A DNA stretch of 64,000 bases from an uncultured Chloroflexia bacterium (GTDB lineage: Bacteria; Chloroflexota; Limnocylindria; QHBO01): contig CAVPGY010000001.1 in assembly GCA_963704115.1 (NCBI GenBank), positions 331,062 to 395,061 on the forward strand, given 5' to 3'. This document shows positions 9,702 to 17,955 of this stretch, one piece after another. The position numbers were made by a program, and so were the translations under genes. How positions within the stretch are numbered: the first letter of the stretch is position 1; each line of letters starts with the position of its first letter. Under the pieces are notes generated by a model, which was not told the origin of the DNA, ran no database searches, and worked only from the letters and a program-made list of their open reading frames with translations.

Positions 9702-11247
9702 ATGTCCGAAGCAACGCCCTCCGCGTCCCACATCAGCCTGCCCTTGAGCGGGGTGGCGGTGCTCGGCGTCGCGTTCCTGGCGTGGCTGCCGCGCACTGCG
9801 ATTCCGCTGGTCGATGGTGACGTGTGGTGGCATCTCAGGGCTGGCGAAGCGGTGCTCGACTCGGGGAGCGTGCCCGCAACGGACACGTGGAGCATCGCCG
9901 GACAGGGCATGGCCTGGACCAGCCAGGACTGGCTGAGCAACGTCACGCTCGCGGCGATTCATCGGATCGGGGAGGTCGGTCCCACCGCGCTCAGCATCCT
10001 CTTCAGCCTGCTGGTGATGGGTGCCGCGCTCCTGCTGTGGCGGGGAATCGCCCTCCGTCGCCCCGAAGCCGGCTGGCTGAGCCGGCTGCTCTGGCTGACC
10101 GTCGGGATCACCGTGGCAGGCCCCATCGTCGGTGTCCGGATCCAGGTCGTCGACCTGCCGCTCGCGGCCGGCGTCATGGTCGTGTGCTGGCATTTCCTTG
10201 CGTTTCGGCGGCCGGCGGTCCTGCTGTGGCTGCCCATCCTCGCCGTCGCGTGGGTCAACCTGCACGCGGGTTGGCTGCTGCTGTTCCTGCTCGGCGGGGC
10301 CGTGCTCGCGGGCGAGGCGATCGACCGCGCCCTCGGACGCCTCGGAGGCGCGCGGAACGCTGCGCTGGCATGAGCTCGGCTGGCTGGCCGGGGCCGGCAT
10401 CGTGGCGCTCGCGGCCATCAGCCTCAACCCCAACGGGCCAGCCATCTACCTCTACCCGTTCGAGACGGCTGGGATCGCCGCCCATCGCGACTTCCTGGCC
10501 GAGTGGTCACCACCCGATGTCGCCTCGCTCCCCGGCCTCCTCTATCTCGGGTTCGTCGTCCTCGGCGTCATCCCGGCGCTGGTGCTGGGCTGGCGGCGAC
10601 TCCGAACCGCGGACCTGCTGGTGCTGGTCGGTCTCACGGTCATGGCCGGCATGGCCGCTCGGTTCCTGCTCGTGGCCGGTCCGATCGGGGCGGCCATCCT
10701 CGCGGTGGCGTTGACGCCAGTCATCGAGCGGACGGCGGCGGGTCGCGTCATCGGTCCGTTGGTCCGGCGGATGGGCAGACCGCCTCGTCGGGCCGTCCTG
10801 GGAGCGATCCACCTGGCGCTGGCCGGCAGCCTCGTGGTGGCGGGCGTCGCCGTCACCGCCGTGCGTGTCTCGCCGGCGGCCCAGCAGGCAGCCATCGCGG
10901 ACCATATGCCGGTCGGCGCGGTCGACTGGATCCTCGCCAACGACCCGGGATCGAGGCCGTTCAATACCTACTCGTGGGGTGGCTACCTGGGATTCCGGCG
11001 GCCCGACACGCTGGTCTTCATCGATGGGCGCTCCGACATCTACGGCGACGCGCCGATCCGTGCGTACGCAGACACCGTCTCACTTCGTTCGGATCCGAGT
11101 GCGGTGCTCCGCATGCACGACATCGACCATGTGCTCTTCAACACCGATCATCCGTTCGCCGATTGGCTTCGTGCCAACCCCGACTGGACGGCGACGTACA
11201 GCGACCCGCTGGCGACGGTCTGGGTTCGGACGGAGGAGGACCGATAG
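9702..11247 (+). pseudogene. Paralog of 8126..9613 interrupted by one frameshift (near 10341-10352)
   Basis: ATG at 9702 (MSEATPSA...) gives DGDVWWHLRAGE...NLHAGWLLLF and stops at 10373. The +1 frame continues TLRWHELGWLAGAG...YSWGGYLGFRRP..VFIDGRSDIYGD to 11247. The two parts are colinear with the intact paralog. Confidence 0.7.
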
Positions 11248-11292
11248 TCGGCCGGCAGCGCCACGCTCGCGGCATCGCTCCTGAAGTGCGCG

Positions 11293-12966
11293 GTGCCGCG
11301 GCGGTCGGTGAGTAGTATCGGCGCCATGTCAGGCCGGGCCACGCTGTGGCGAGACATCGCCATCCTCACCGCCCTGGCGCTCCTCGTCCGGGCGTCGGCC
11401 GCCTGGCTCATACCGTTTCCGCCGCACGTCGACGCGGCCTATTACACGATGGTTGCCGAGCAGCTGGCCACCGGGCACGGCTTCAGCGCGCCCGCACTGT
11501 GGTCGTTCCTCGAGGTCGGCGGCCGCCTTCCGGCCGAGCCGTCCCTGCCAGTGCCGAGCAATGGCCACTGGATGCCGATGTCCGGGGTCGTGGCTGCAGT
11601 CGGCATGGCATTCCTGGGCCCGGATTGGCGGGCCGGGCAGGTTCCGATGGTTCTGCTGTCCGCGCTGCTGGTGCCGATCACCTACGCGGCGGGGTACCTG
11701 ATCTTCGAGTCGCGGCGAATCGCGCTCCTCGGCGCGGCGCTGGCGATCGCCGCCGGACCGCTGCTGCTGATGTACCCGATGGTCGAGTCATTCGCGGCGT
11801 TCGGGGTCTTCGGCGCGATCACCCTCCTCGCCAGCATCCGGGCCGTCGACGCCCCGCGCCCCGGCCCGTGGCTGGTCGCGGCCGGCATCGGCGCGGGCCT
11901 GGCGAGCCTGACGCGGCTGGATGGGGCGCTTCTCACGCTCGCACCGGCCACGGCATGGCTGATCCGCGGGCCCCTCGGTGGCGGTGGATTCCGATCCATG
12001 GCCACCGCATTCGGCTGGGGTCTGGCCAGCGCACTGGCATTCCTCGCCGTTGTCGCCCCCTGGCTGCTCCGCAACCTCGAGGTCTTCGGGACCGCGTTTC
12101 CCTCGCCCGGTGGCCGCATGCTCTGGATCCGCGACTACAACGAGCACCTCTCCATCGGCCTCGACCTCACCCTGGATCGGTATCTTGCCTGGGGATTGCC
12201 GGCCATCCTCCTCTCGAAGCTCGGAGCGACCGTGGAGGTGGCGGGCCGGATGCTCGGGCTGCTGGGTGGCATCTTCGGCGTGGGCTTCATCGCGGGTGCG
12301 TGGTCCTTCCGCCGGCTCCGACGGCTGGCGCCATTCCTCGTCTACTTCACCGCCATGTTCGTGGCGATGGCGCTGCTCTTCACCGAGCATGCCACGAAGG
12401 GGGCGTTCCTCCACACCGCCCCGGCCTGGCTGCCCATCGCGCTGCCGCTCGGGGTGGCGGGCATTGCCCCCGCTGCGACCCGGGTCGGGCGAGCGTGGCC
12501 GTTTCTCCGCCGTCCCGCGACGCATCGGTTCCTCGAGGTCGTCGGGCTCGGTGGTGCGATTGCGCTGGCCCTTGCCGGTGCCGTCGCGCTGCTGGGCCCG
12601 TGGCAGGTTCGCATCGACCGGCACGAGGCCGCCGCGGCATTCCTTCGCGATGCCGCCAACCCCTCCGACGTGCTGCTGGCCGGCGATCCGTCGAGCCTGT
12701 ACCTGCTGACCGGCCTGCGCGGCGTGGCGACGCCGTTCGACCCGTACGACGTGCTGGGCGAGGTGGTCGAGGCCTACGGCATCGATTGGGTCGTCGTGGT
12801 GCTCGAATCGGATGCCGTGCGAGACCCTCTCGGTCTCTGGGACGGCGCCGCAGCCGTCGACGCCACGGGCGGGTCGCCCTCCTTCCTGTCTGCAGAGCCC
12901 ACCTTCGAGACCGATGGCGTCCGCGTCTTCCGCACCGTTCCCTTCTCCGCAGTCGACGGTGGATGA
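11293..12966 (+). CDS. ArnT/PMT-like (GT39/GT83-type) GT-C membrane glycosyltransferase
   Basis: 557-aa polytopic ORF (GTG at 11293; alternative ATG at 11326, MSGRATLW). It has an N-terminal TM then a PPHVDAAYYTMVAEQLATGHGF loop typical of PMT_2/ArnT-like enzymes, followed by many TMs and a soluble C-terminus. Confidence 0.65.
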   Translation: MPRRSVSSIGAMSGRATLWRDIAILTALALLVRASAAWLIPFPPHVDAAYYTMVAEQLATGHGFSAPALWSFLEVGGRLPAEPSLPVPSNGHWMPMSGVVAAVGMAFLGPDWRAGQVPMVLLSALLVPITYAAGYLIFESRRIALLGAALAIAAGPLLLMYPMVESFAAFGVFGAITLLASIRAVDAPRPGPWLVAAGIGAGLASLTRLDGALLTLAPATAWLIRGPLGGGGFRSMATAFGWGLASALAFLAVVAPWLLRNLEVFGTAFPSPGGRMLWIRDYNEHLSIGLDLTLDRYLAWGLPAILLSKLGATVEVAGRMLGLLGGIFGVGFIAGAWSFRRLRRLAPFLVYFTAMFVAMALLFTEHATKGAFLHTAPAWLPIALPLGVAGIAPAATRVGRAWPFLRRPATHRFLEVVGLGGAIALALAGAVALLGPWQVRIDRHEAAAAFLRDAANPSDVLLAGDPSSLYLLTGLRGVATPFDPYDVLGEVVEAYGIDWVVVVLESDAVRDPLGLWDGAAAVDATGGSPSFLSAEPTFETDGVRVFRTVPFSAVDGG

Positions 12967-13000
12967 CGCGAGTCCTCCATTGCGCCCGCGACGGCGTGCT

Positions 13001-13150
13001 CGTGCCGCCGGGGCACGCATCGGCCATTCGGGCGCGTCCGCAGGTCGATTCACGGGACCCCGGCAGTCGGCGCTTGCCGGGCCCGCACACGCCGACCAAG
13101 ATCGCGTCGACGCCGCCCCATCGGTGTCCGATGTGTGCCACATAGACACG
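13001..13150. repeat. Copy A of a ~150-bp element bounded by inverted 23-nt hairpin motifs
   Basis: Left end is cgtgccgccggggcacgcatcgg (13001-13023). Right end is ccgatgtgtgccacatagacacg (13128-13150), the inverted counterpart. The interior (tgccgggcccgcacacgccgaccaagatcg) is alignable to copies B and C. Confidence 0.6.
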
Positions 13151-13190
13151 TGCAAGGCAGCATGCGATCCGGTGCGCGAATCGGGCCGGT

Positions 13191-13214
13191 AGTACTTCCG
13201 GTGCCCAAAGTACT
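13191..13214. promoter_or_regulatory. AT-rich palindrome AGTACTT-N10-AAGTACT upstream of the sensor kinase
   Basis: agtacttccggtgcccaaagtact has perfect 7-bp inverted arms. It is conspicuous in a GC-rich background and lies 10-80 nt upstream of the two candidate kinase starts. Confidence 0.35.
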
Positions 13215-13292
13215 GTTGCCGCCATGGAAAGCCTGCCGACAGGATGGCCCTCGCGTCCGGTACTAGACCGGACCCCGTACCTCAGGGAGGCC

Positions 13293-14312
13293 ATGGGCAA
13301 CCAACCAGCCGCGGGAACGGCACAGGAGCGGTTCGACCGCATCGGCGAACAGGCCACCGACAGCCTGCGTGGTGACGCTCGCCAGCTGCACGACCTGGCC
13401 GAGCAGTTCCGTGTGCAGTACCGGCGCGACCTCGAGGAGTGGATGCAGATCCGCTCCCGACTCGACCGCCGTGGGGGTTCCTTGCGCCCGGTCGGCACCG
13501 ACGCGCTGCGTGCAGAGTACGAGCAGCGGGGCCGCGAGCTGGCCGCTCTCCAGGCCCGCCTGAAGCGTCTCGACGTCGTCGCCCGGCAGCTGGACGTCCT
13601 GTTCGCGTACCTCGAATCCCACGACGCGATCGGCGACGAGCCCGGGCCGATGGCCGACGACTCGCCTGCCACCATGAGCCTGCGGATCATCGAGGCCCAG
13701 GAGGCCGAGCGTCAGCGCATGGCCGCCGACATTCACGACGGCCCGGCGCAGGTCCTCACCAACGCGATCTTCCAGGTCGAGTACCTCGACCGGATGCTGA
13801 CGCCGGACGAGCGCGAGGCACACGCAGAGCTCGCCTTCCTGCGCGACATGCTGCGCGGAGGGCTGGAGGAGGTCCGTTCCTTCATCGCCGACCTGCGGCC
13901 GCCGGCCGTCGATGTCAGCCTCGCCACCGCGATCGCGGAGCGCGGCCGCGACTTCCAGTCCGTGCACGGCATCGCCGTCGACGTGTCCGTCGATGGGGTC
14001 GACGCCCGGCTGGGTCCGACGGTCCGGGCATCGGTCCTTCGGATCGTCCAGGAGGCATTTCAGAACGTTCGAAAACACGCGGCGGCGAGCCGCGTCTCCA
14101 TCGGCCTCGAGGAGGACACCCTCGTGATCGCCGACAACGGTCGCGGGTTCGACGTGATCCGAGTCGCCTCCGGGGCGGGCCGGAACTTCGGGCTCCAGTT
14201 CATGCGCGAGCGCGCCGAGCTTCTGGGCGGACAGCTCCAGATCGAATCGCGTCAGGGCGAAGGCACTCGGATCCTGCTCCGGTTTCCGGCGCAGGTCACC
14301 GAGTCACGGTAG
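13293..14312 (+). CDS. Soluble DegS-like sensor histidine kinase (HisKA_3 + HATPase_c)
   Basis: H-box ERQRMAADIHDGPAQVL, plus QEAFQNVRKHA, DNGRGF and GLQFMRERAELLGG; no TM spans; coiled-coil-like N-terminus. ATG at 13293 has the SD-like agggagg just upstream; the in-frame ATG at 13224 is an alternative. Confidence 0.85.
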   Translation: MGNQPAAGTAQERFDRIGEQATDSLRGDARQLHDLAEQFRVQYRRDLEEWMQIRSRLDRRGGSLRPVGTDALRAEYEQRGRELAALQARLKRLDVVARQLDVLFAYLESHDAIGDEPGPMADDSPATMSLRIIEAQEAERQRMAADIHDGPAQVLTNAIFQVEYLDRMLTPDEREAHAELAFLRDMLRGGLEEVRSFIADLRPPAVDVSLATAIAERGRDFQSVHGIAVDVSVDGVDARLGPTVRASVLRIVQEAFQNVRKHAAASRVSIGLEEDTLVIADNGRGFDVIRVASGAGRNFGLQFMRERAELLGGQLQIESRQGEGTRILLRFPAQVTESR

Positions 14313-14323
14313 AGGAGACCATC

Positions 14324-15076
14324 ATGGCAACCGAAATCACCACCGACGGAGAGACCACCGTCGACGAACGCCGTCGAGGCGGTGACCGACGCAACGGCAA
14401 GACACGCGTCGTCATCGTCGACGGCCACACCCTGTTTCGACGCGGGGTCCGCAACATCCTTGAACTCGAGAAGGACATCGAGGTGGTCGGCGAGGCCGGC
14501 AGTGGGCGCGAGGCGCTCGCCACCGTGGAGGAGCTGACGCCGGACGTCGTCCTCATGGACCTGGGCCTCCCGGCGCCGAACGGCATCGAGACCACCCAGC
14601 GCCTGAAGCGCGAGCTGCCGCACACCGGCGTCATCGTGCTCGCCAGCAACGACGACGAGGACCAGCTGTTCGACGCCATCAAGGCGGGCGCCGCGGCCTA
14701 CGTCCTCAAGGACATCGATCCGACTGACCTGATCGCCATCATCCGCCGCGTGCGGTCCGGCGAGTACCTCATCAACGACAAGGTGTTCGCCAAGCCGAAC
14801 GTCGCCAGCCGTGTGCTGAAGGAGTTCCGCGAGCTGGCCGTCTACGGCAACGAGGCGCAGCCGATCTTTGCCCCGCTCTCACCGCGCGAGGTCGAGATCC
14901 TCGACAACATCGCGCAGGGCATGACGAACAAGCAGGTGGCCTACGCGCTCTCCATCTCGGAGCAGACCGTGAAGAACCACATGTCGTCGATCCTCCGCAA
15001 GCTGTCGGTCAACGACCGCACCCAGGCCGTGGTCTACGCCATGCGCCAGGGCTGGATCAAGATCCCGGAGGATTGA
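14324..15076 (+). CDS. NarL/LuxR-family response regulator
   Basis: Receiver domain (VVIVDGHTLF..VVLMDLGLP..YVLKDI) plus LuxR HTH (LSPREVEILDNIAQGMTNKQVAYALSISEQTVKNHMSSILRKL). SD-like agaggag is upstream of ATG 14324. There is a 27-aa Arg-rich N-terminal extension. Confidence 0.9.
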   Translation: MATEITTDGETTVDERRRGGDRRNGKTRVVIVDGHTLFRRGVRNILELEKDIEVVGEAGSGREALATVEELTPDVVLMDLGLPAPNGIETTQRLKRELPHTGVIVLASNDDEDQLFDAIKAGAAAYVLKDIDPTDLIAIIRRVRSGEYLINDKVFAKPNVASRVLKEFRELAVYGNEAQPIFAPLSPREVEILDNIAQGMTNKQVAYALSISEQTVKNHMSSILRKLSVNDRTQAVVYAMRQGWIKIPED

Positions 15077-15107
15077 GGGCGCCGCTCCTCGCCCGACCCA
15101 GACCGAC

Positions 15108-15142
15108 GCGCACCGCCCGGGGACCTGCTCCGGGCGGTGCGC
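15108..15142 (+). terminator. Strong GC hairpin downstream of the NarL-type regulator
   Basis: gcgcaccgcccgg (15108-15120) pairs perfectly with ccgggcggtgcgc (15130-15142), giving a 13-bp stem and 9-nt loop. There is no clear U-tract (tgtcctg follows). Confidence 0.55.
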
Positions 15143-15186
15143 TGTCCTGCCTCATGCGGCTCCTCCAGCGGTCCGTGCGTGGATGC

Positions 15187-15347
15187 GTTGCCGCCACGGC
15201 ACGCATCGGCGAGCCTGCGGGCGGGACTACCCGGTTGGGGCGTCGTGTCTGAGCGATTTATGCCAGGGCGGCACGGCCGAGACATCGTGAGCGCCAACCT
15301 GGCCCACTTCGCGCCGTCCCATCTCCGATGCGTGCCCAGACGGCACA
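15187..15347. repeat. Copy B of the ~150-bp inverted-repeat-bounded element
   Basis: Left end is gttgccgccacggcacgcatcgg (15187-15209). Right end is ccgatgcgtgcccagacggcaca (15325-15347). The interior contains tatgccagggcggcacggccgagacatcg, homologous to copy C. It lies between two convergent genes. Confidence 0.6.
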
Positions 15348-15361
15348 GCCGGGCCGGGCGA

Positions 15362-16015
15362 TCACAGAACAACGAGGCAGTCGCCACCAGGATCCTGACC
15401 GGCGCCCAAGGCGCGCAGGGCCGCCCGGGTGCCGACGGGGAATGCGTCCTGGAGGATCGGCCCGGCCGAGCGCAGCATGGACCGGTTCGCCCGGCTGCCG
15501 CGAACGAGCATGACCAGCCGGTCCGCGGCGAGGTCGCGCTGCTTGACGCGCGCCGCACGCACCTGACGCTGCACGTCCGCCAGTCGGGTGATCGCCTCGA
15601 CCGCGCAGACGCAGGTGTCGGTCCGAATGAGCTCGTCGACCGCGCGGAGATCTCCCTCGATCGGCATCGGCACCTCGAGCTGAGATCGCCAGCTCGGATG
15701 CAGCCTGGCATTGAATGCGGCGAGTAGGGCGAGCTGCGGTGCATCGAGAGGCCGGCGGCCGCCCGGATAGACGGTGACGTAGAGCTTGAGACCCACTGCT
15801 GCAGAAGCGACCGAGAGCTCCAGGACCGAGATGCGCGCCACCTTCCCCGCCTCGATCCGGGAGATTCTCGAGGCCGATCGCCCGATCGCCCGACCCACCT
15901 GGCGTTGCGTCATGCCGGCGCTCAGCCGAGCGATTCGCAGCTCCCGTCCGATGGTCATTCGCACCCAGGTGGCGAGCCGGGCAGCATCGTGAATGGGGTT
16001 CATCCGGTTCGACAT
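15362..16015 (-). CDS. XRE-family HTH protein with C-terminal restriction-endonuclease-like (degenerate PD-(D/E)xK?) domain
   Basis: ATG at 16015 (MSNRMNPIH...). HTH is LSAGMTQRQVGRAIGRSASRISRIEAG. The C-terminal region (LRAVDELIRTD..CAVEAITRLADV) is colinear with the second XRE protein at 39236..39945. Upstream codons of the track ORF are low-complexity. Confidence 0.75.
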   Translation of the reverse strand: MSNRMNPIHDAARLATWVRMTIGRELRIARLSAGMTQRQVGRAIGRSASRISRIEAGKVARISVLELSVASAAVGLKLYVTVYPGGRRPLDAPQLALLAAFNARLHPSWRSQLEVPMPIEGDLRAVDELIRTDTCVCAVEAITRLADVQRQVRAARVKQRDLAADRLVMLVRGSRANRSMLRSAGPILQDAFPVGTRAALRALGAGQDPGGDCLVVL

Positions 16016-16019
16016 TGAA

Positions 16020-16041
16020 CCGATGGTGCCTCCACGGCACG
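16020..16041. promoter_or_regulatory. Solo copy of the 23-nt hairpin motif abutting the XRE start codon
   Basis: ccgatggtgcctccacggcacg begins 5 nt upstream of the XRE ATG on the opposite strand. It has GTGCC-N5-GGCAC inverted arms like the element ends. Confidence 0.4.
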
Positions 16042-16088
16042 TACCGGCCGCGTACCAGGCGCTTACTGGGGTCCCGTGGCGTACCAAG

Positions 16089-16249
16089 TGTGCCGGCGTG
16101 GCACGCATCGGCGAATGAGGCTGCGGGGCCGACCGAAGCACCGCCGCTGCCTGTCCGCGGTATGCGAGGGCAGCACGAGGTGGCGAACAAGACGCATCGG
16201 CGATGCCAGGCCAGCCGCCAGCCTGTCCGATGTGTGCCACAACGGCACG
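16089..16249. repeat. Copy C of the ~150-bp inverted-repeat-bounded element
   Basis: Left end is tgtgccggcgtggcacgcatcgg (16089-16111). Right end is ccgatgtgtgccacaacggcacg (16227-16249). The interior tatgcgagggcagcacgagg and gacgcatcgg are alignable to copy B. Confidence 0.6.
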
Positions 16250-16436
16250 CGGCGGGTTCGAGAAGGCTCGCGAACCGTGGCCACCGGAGGTCATGCACGG
16301 CCAGTACCTGAGAGCCATTGGAGGCGGACAGGCCGACCGGTAGCGTGCCGAATACGCCGTTGCGGGTATCCGGGACGGCCTTCATCCCGAGGGGCCGGTG
16401 GTTCCGCACCGGTCCCGGGTCTCCTCCTCCGGTGCT

Positions 16437-16475
16437 GGGAAGCCGCCTCGCAAGGGGCGGCTTCCCTCTTCTCGG
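16437..16475 (+). terminator. Orphan intrinsic terminator in the non-coding region upstream of flp
   Basis: gggaagccgcc (16437-16447) pairs with ggcggcttccc (16456-16466), with an 8-nt loop followed by tcttctcgg. A second hairpin, gcaccgg...ccggtgc (16406-16435), lies immediately upstream. No credible CDS precedes it on the + strand. Confidence 0.55.
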
Positions 16476-16641
16476 TCATCCGATTGGCCGTCCAGCGGTC
16501 GAGCGCCTTGACACCGAGGCACGTGATGTCCCAAGGTACGGCCGCATCCCCGACTGAATAGGACCATCCGGCCATTTCGGCGCGATATGGATCGGCCTAC
16601 GCTCCGGGAGCAAATCTCTTGGAAAGGAGGTACCGCATCCA

Positions 16642-16830
16642 ATGATCAAGGATTTCATCAGCACTCTTCTGGCGCGCTTCCAGCGCGACGATGAGGAAGG
16701 GCAGACGCTCGTCGAGTACGGTCTGCTGCTCGCCCTCATCGCGATCATCGTGATCGTCGCCCTGCTCTTCCTGGGCCCGATCGTCAGCGAGATCTTCCAG
16801 AACGTCGGCACCAACCTGCAGGGCAGCTAG
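16642..16830 (+). CDS. flp: Flp/Fap-family type IVb pilin
   Basis: 62-aa ORF with strong SD ggaaaggagg. It carries the Flp processing/hydrophobic motif EEGQTLVEYGLLLALIAIIVIVALLF. Confidence 0.9.
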   Translation: MIKDFISTLLARFQRDDEEGQTLVEYGLLLALIAIIVIVALLFLGPIVSEIFQNVGTNLQGS

Positions 16831-16852
16831 TCCCGCCGCACGATCTTGGGGA

Positions 16853-16887
16853 AGCCCCCGCCGCTCAACGCGGCGGGGGCTTTCTCG
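16853..16887 (+). terminator. Rho-independent terminator after flp
   Basis: agcccccgccg (16853-16863) pairs with cggcgggggct (16871-16881), with a 7-nt loop followed by ttctcg. Confidence 0.7.
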
Positions 16888-17073
16888 TGCCGGTCGCGGC
16901 TTTCATGCGTGAGGCCCGGCCACGTCACGAAGTACCAGCCGGGCGGCTAGCCCACAAGTCCAGTCGTGAGCGACTGTCGCTGCGTGCGTAGACTGTTGCC
17001 GCAGTCACAACCCGGCTGCGCAGCCATGACTCATCGGATCTCATTTCACCCGAGCTACATAAGGGGTACATCC

Positions 17074-17953
17074 GTGAAGCGATCGAATCGCCTCGTCATC
17101 CTGGTCGGCGTTCTTCTCGCCGTCCTCGCCTTCGTCGCGATCGTGATCCTGCTGAACCAGCGACCGGAGGCCGCTGGCCCGGAACGACGAGCCGACGACC
17201 GCCACCGTCCTGGTCGCGTCGAGCGATATCGCGATCGGCGACGATGTCTCACCGACCATGGTGGAGGAGCGCGAGAGTCCCGGTGGAGGCGGTCCAGACC
17301 GGACGCCCTCCTGGACTCCTCGCAGCTCGCTGATCGCGCGCGCTGTTCGACGCTGCCGGAAGGCGCGCAGGTCACGGAGAGCCTCTTCGGCGGCCAGGTC
17401 GCAGGCACGGTCGACATCGAAGGCCAGCTGCTTCCGGGCGAGAAGGCGTTCGCGCTCCAGTTCGACCCGGTCACGGGCATGAACTTCCTGCTGCAGCAGG
17501 GCGACCACGTCGACGTCATCCTGACGCTCGACTTCGCATCGGGCACGATCGTGGGCTCGCCTCACCTGCGCGCCAACGACACCGAGATCGTCCGAACGGT
17601 CAAGGCCGTGCTCCAGAACAAGCGCGTCCTGTACGTGAGCACCACCAATATCCCGCCTCCGCCGACCTACGATGAGGAGGGGAACGAAGTGCCGCCGCCC
17701 GAGCAGGTGACGTCGGGCAGCATGATCGTGGTCGTCGCCGGCACGAATGCCGACGCCGAGCTCCTCACCTTCGCTCAGCGCGGAGTCGGGCGAGGTCGGA
17801 GCACTCACGCTCACCCTGCGTCAGACCACCGACGAGGTGATCGAGGAGACGACCGGCATCACGCTCGAAGACGTGATCGCGACGTACGGGCTCGTCATCC
17901 CGACCGAGGTCGAGGAGCTGGCCGCGCCAGAGGAAGACGGCGAGACCCCGTAG
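17074..17953 (+). pseudogene. cpaB: CpaB/RcpC-family Flp pilus assembly protein, with at least 4 frameshifts in this assembly
   Basis: GTG at 17074 after aagggg gives VKRSNRLVILVGVLLAVLAFVAIVILLN (TM). The sensible sequence then hops frames: TTATVLVASSDIAIGDDVSPTMVEERE, then VPVEAVQTG, then PDALLDSSQLADRA..LPEGAQVTESLF...GEKAFALQFD. The C-terminus continues in the frame of ORF 17747..17953 (ESGEVGALTLTLRQTTDE...). Shifts are near 17185, 17275, 17300 and 17785. Confidence 0.75.
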
Positions 17954-17955
17954 AC

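Noticed and set aside
16293-16343. 16-codon mini-ORF (MHGQYLRAIGGGQADR) as a leader peptide for an attenuator
   Set aside because: The GGAGG lies only about 2 nt from the ATG, which is too close for a functional SD. There is no regulatory codon run and nothing to support translation.
16381-16480. Known riboswitch or sRNA class (c-di-GMP-I/II, 6C RNA, SRP RNA) in the flp upstream hairpins
   Set aside because: I could not find the conserved cores by eye: GEMM GCAAA/tetraloop-receptor elements, twin C-rich loops, or the SRP AGGUCCGGAAGGAAGCAGCC-like motif. An Infernal scan is needed.
12967-16641. The regulators plus flanking repeats as a mobile element or genomic islet
   Set aside because: There is no transposase, integrase or target-site duplication, and I could not see any compositional difference from the surroundings. 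The repeats are reported as a finding instead.
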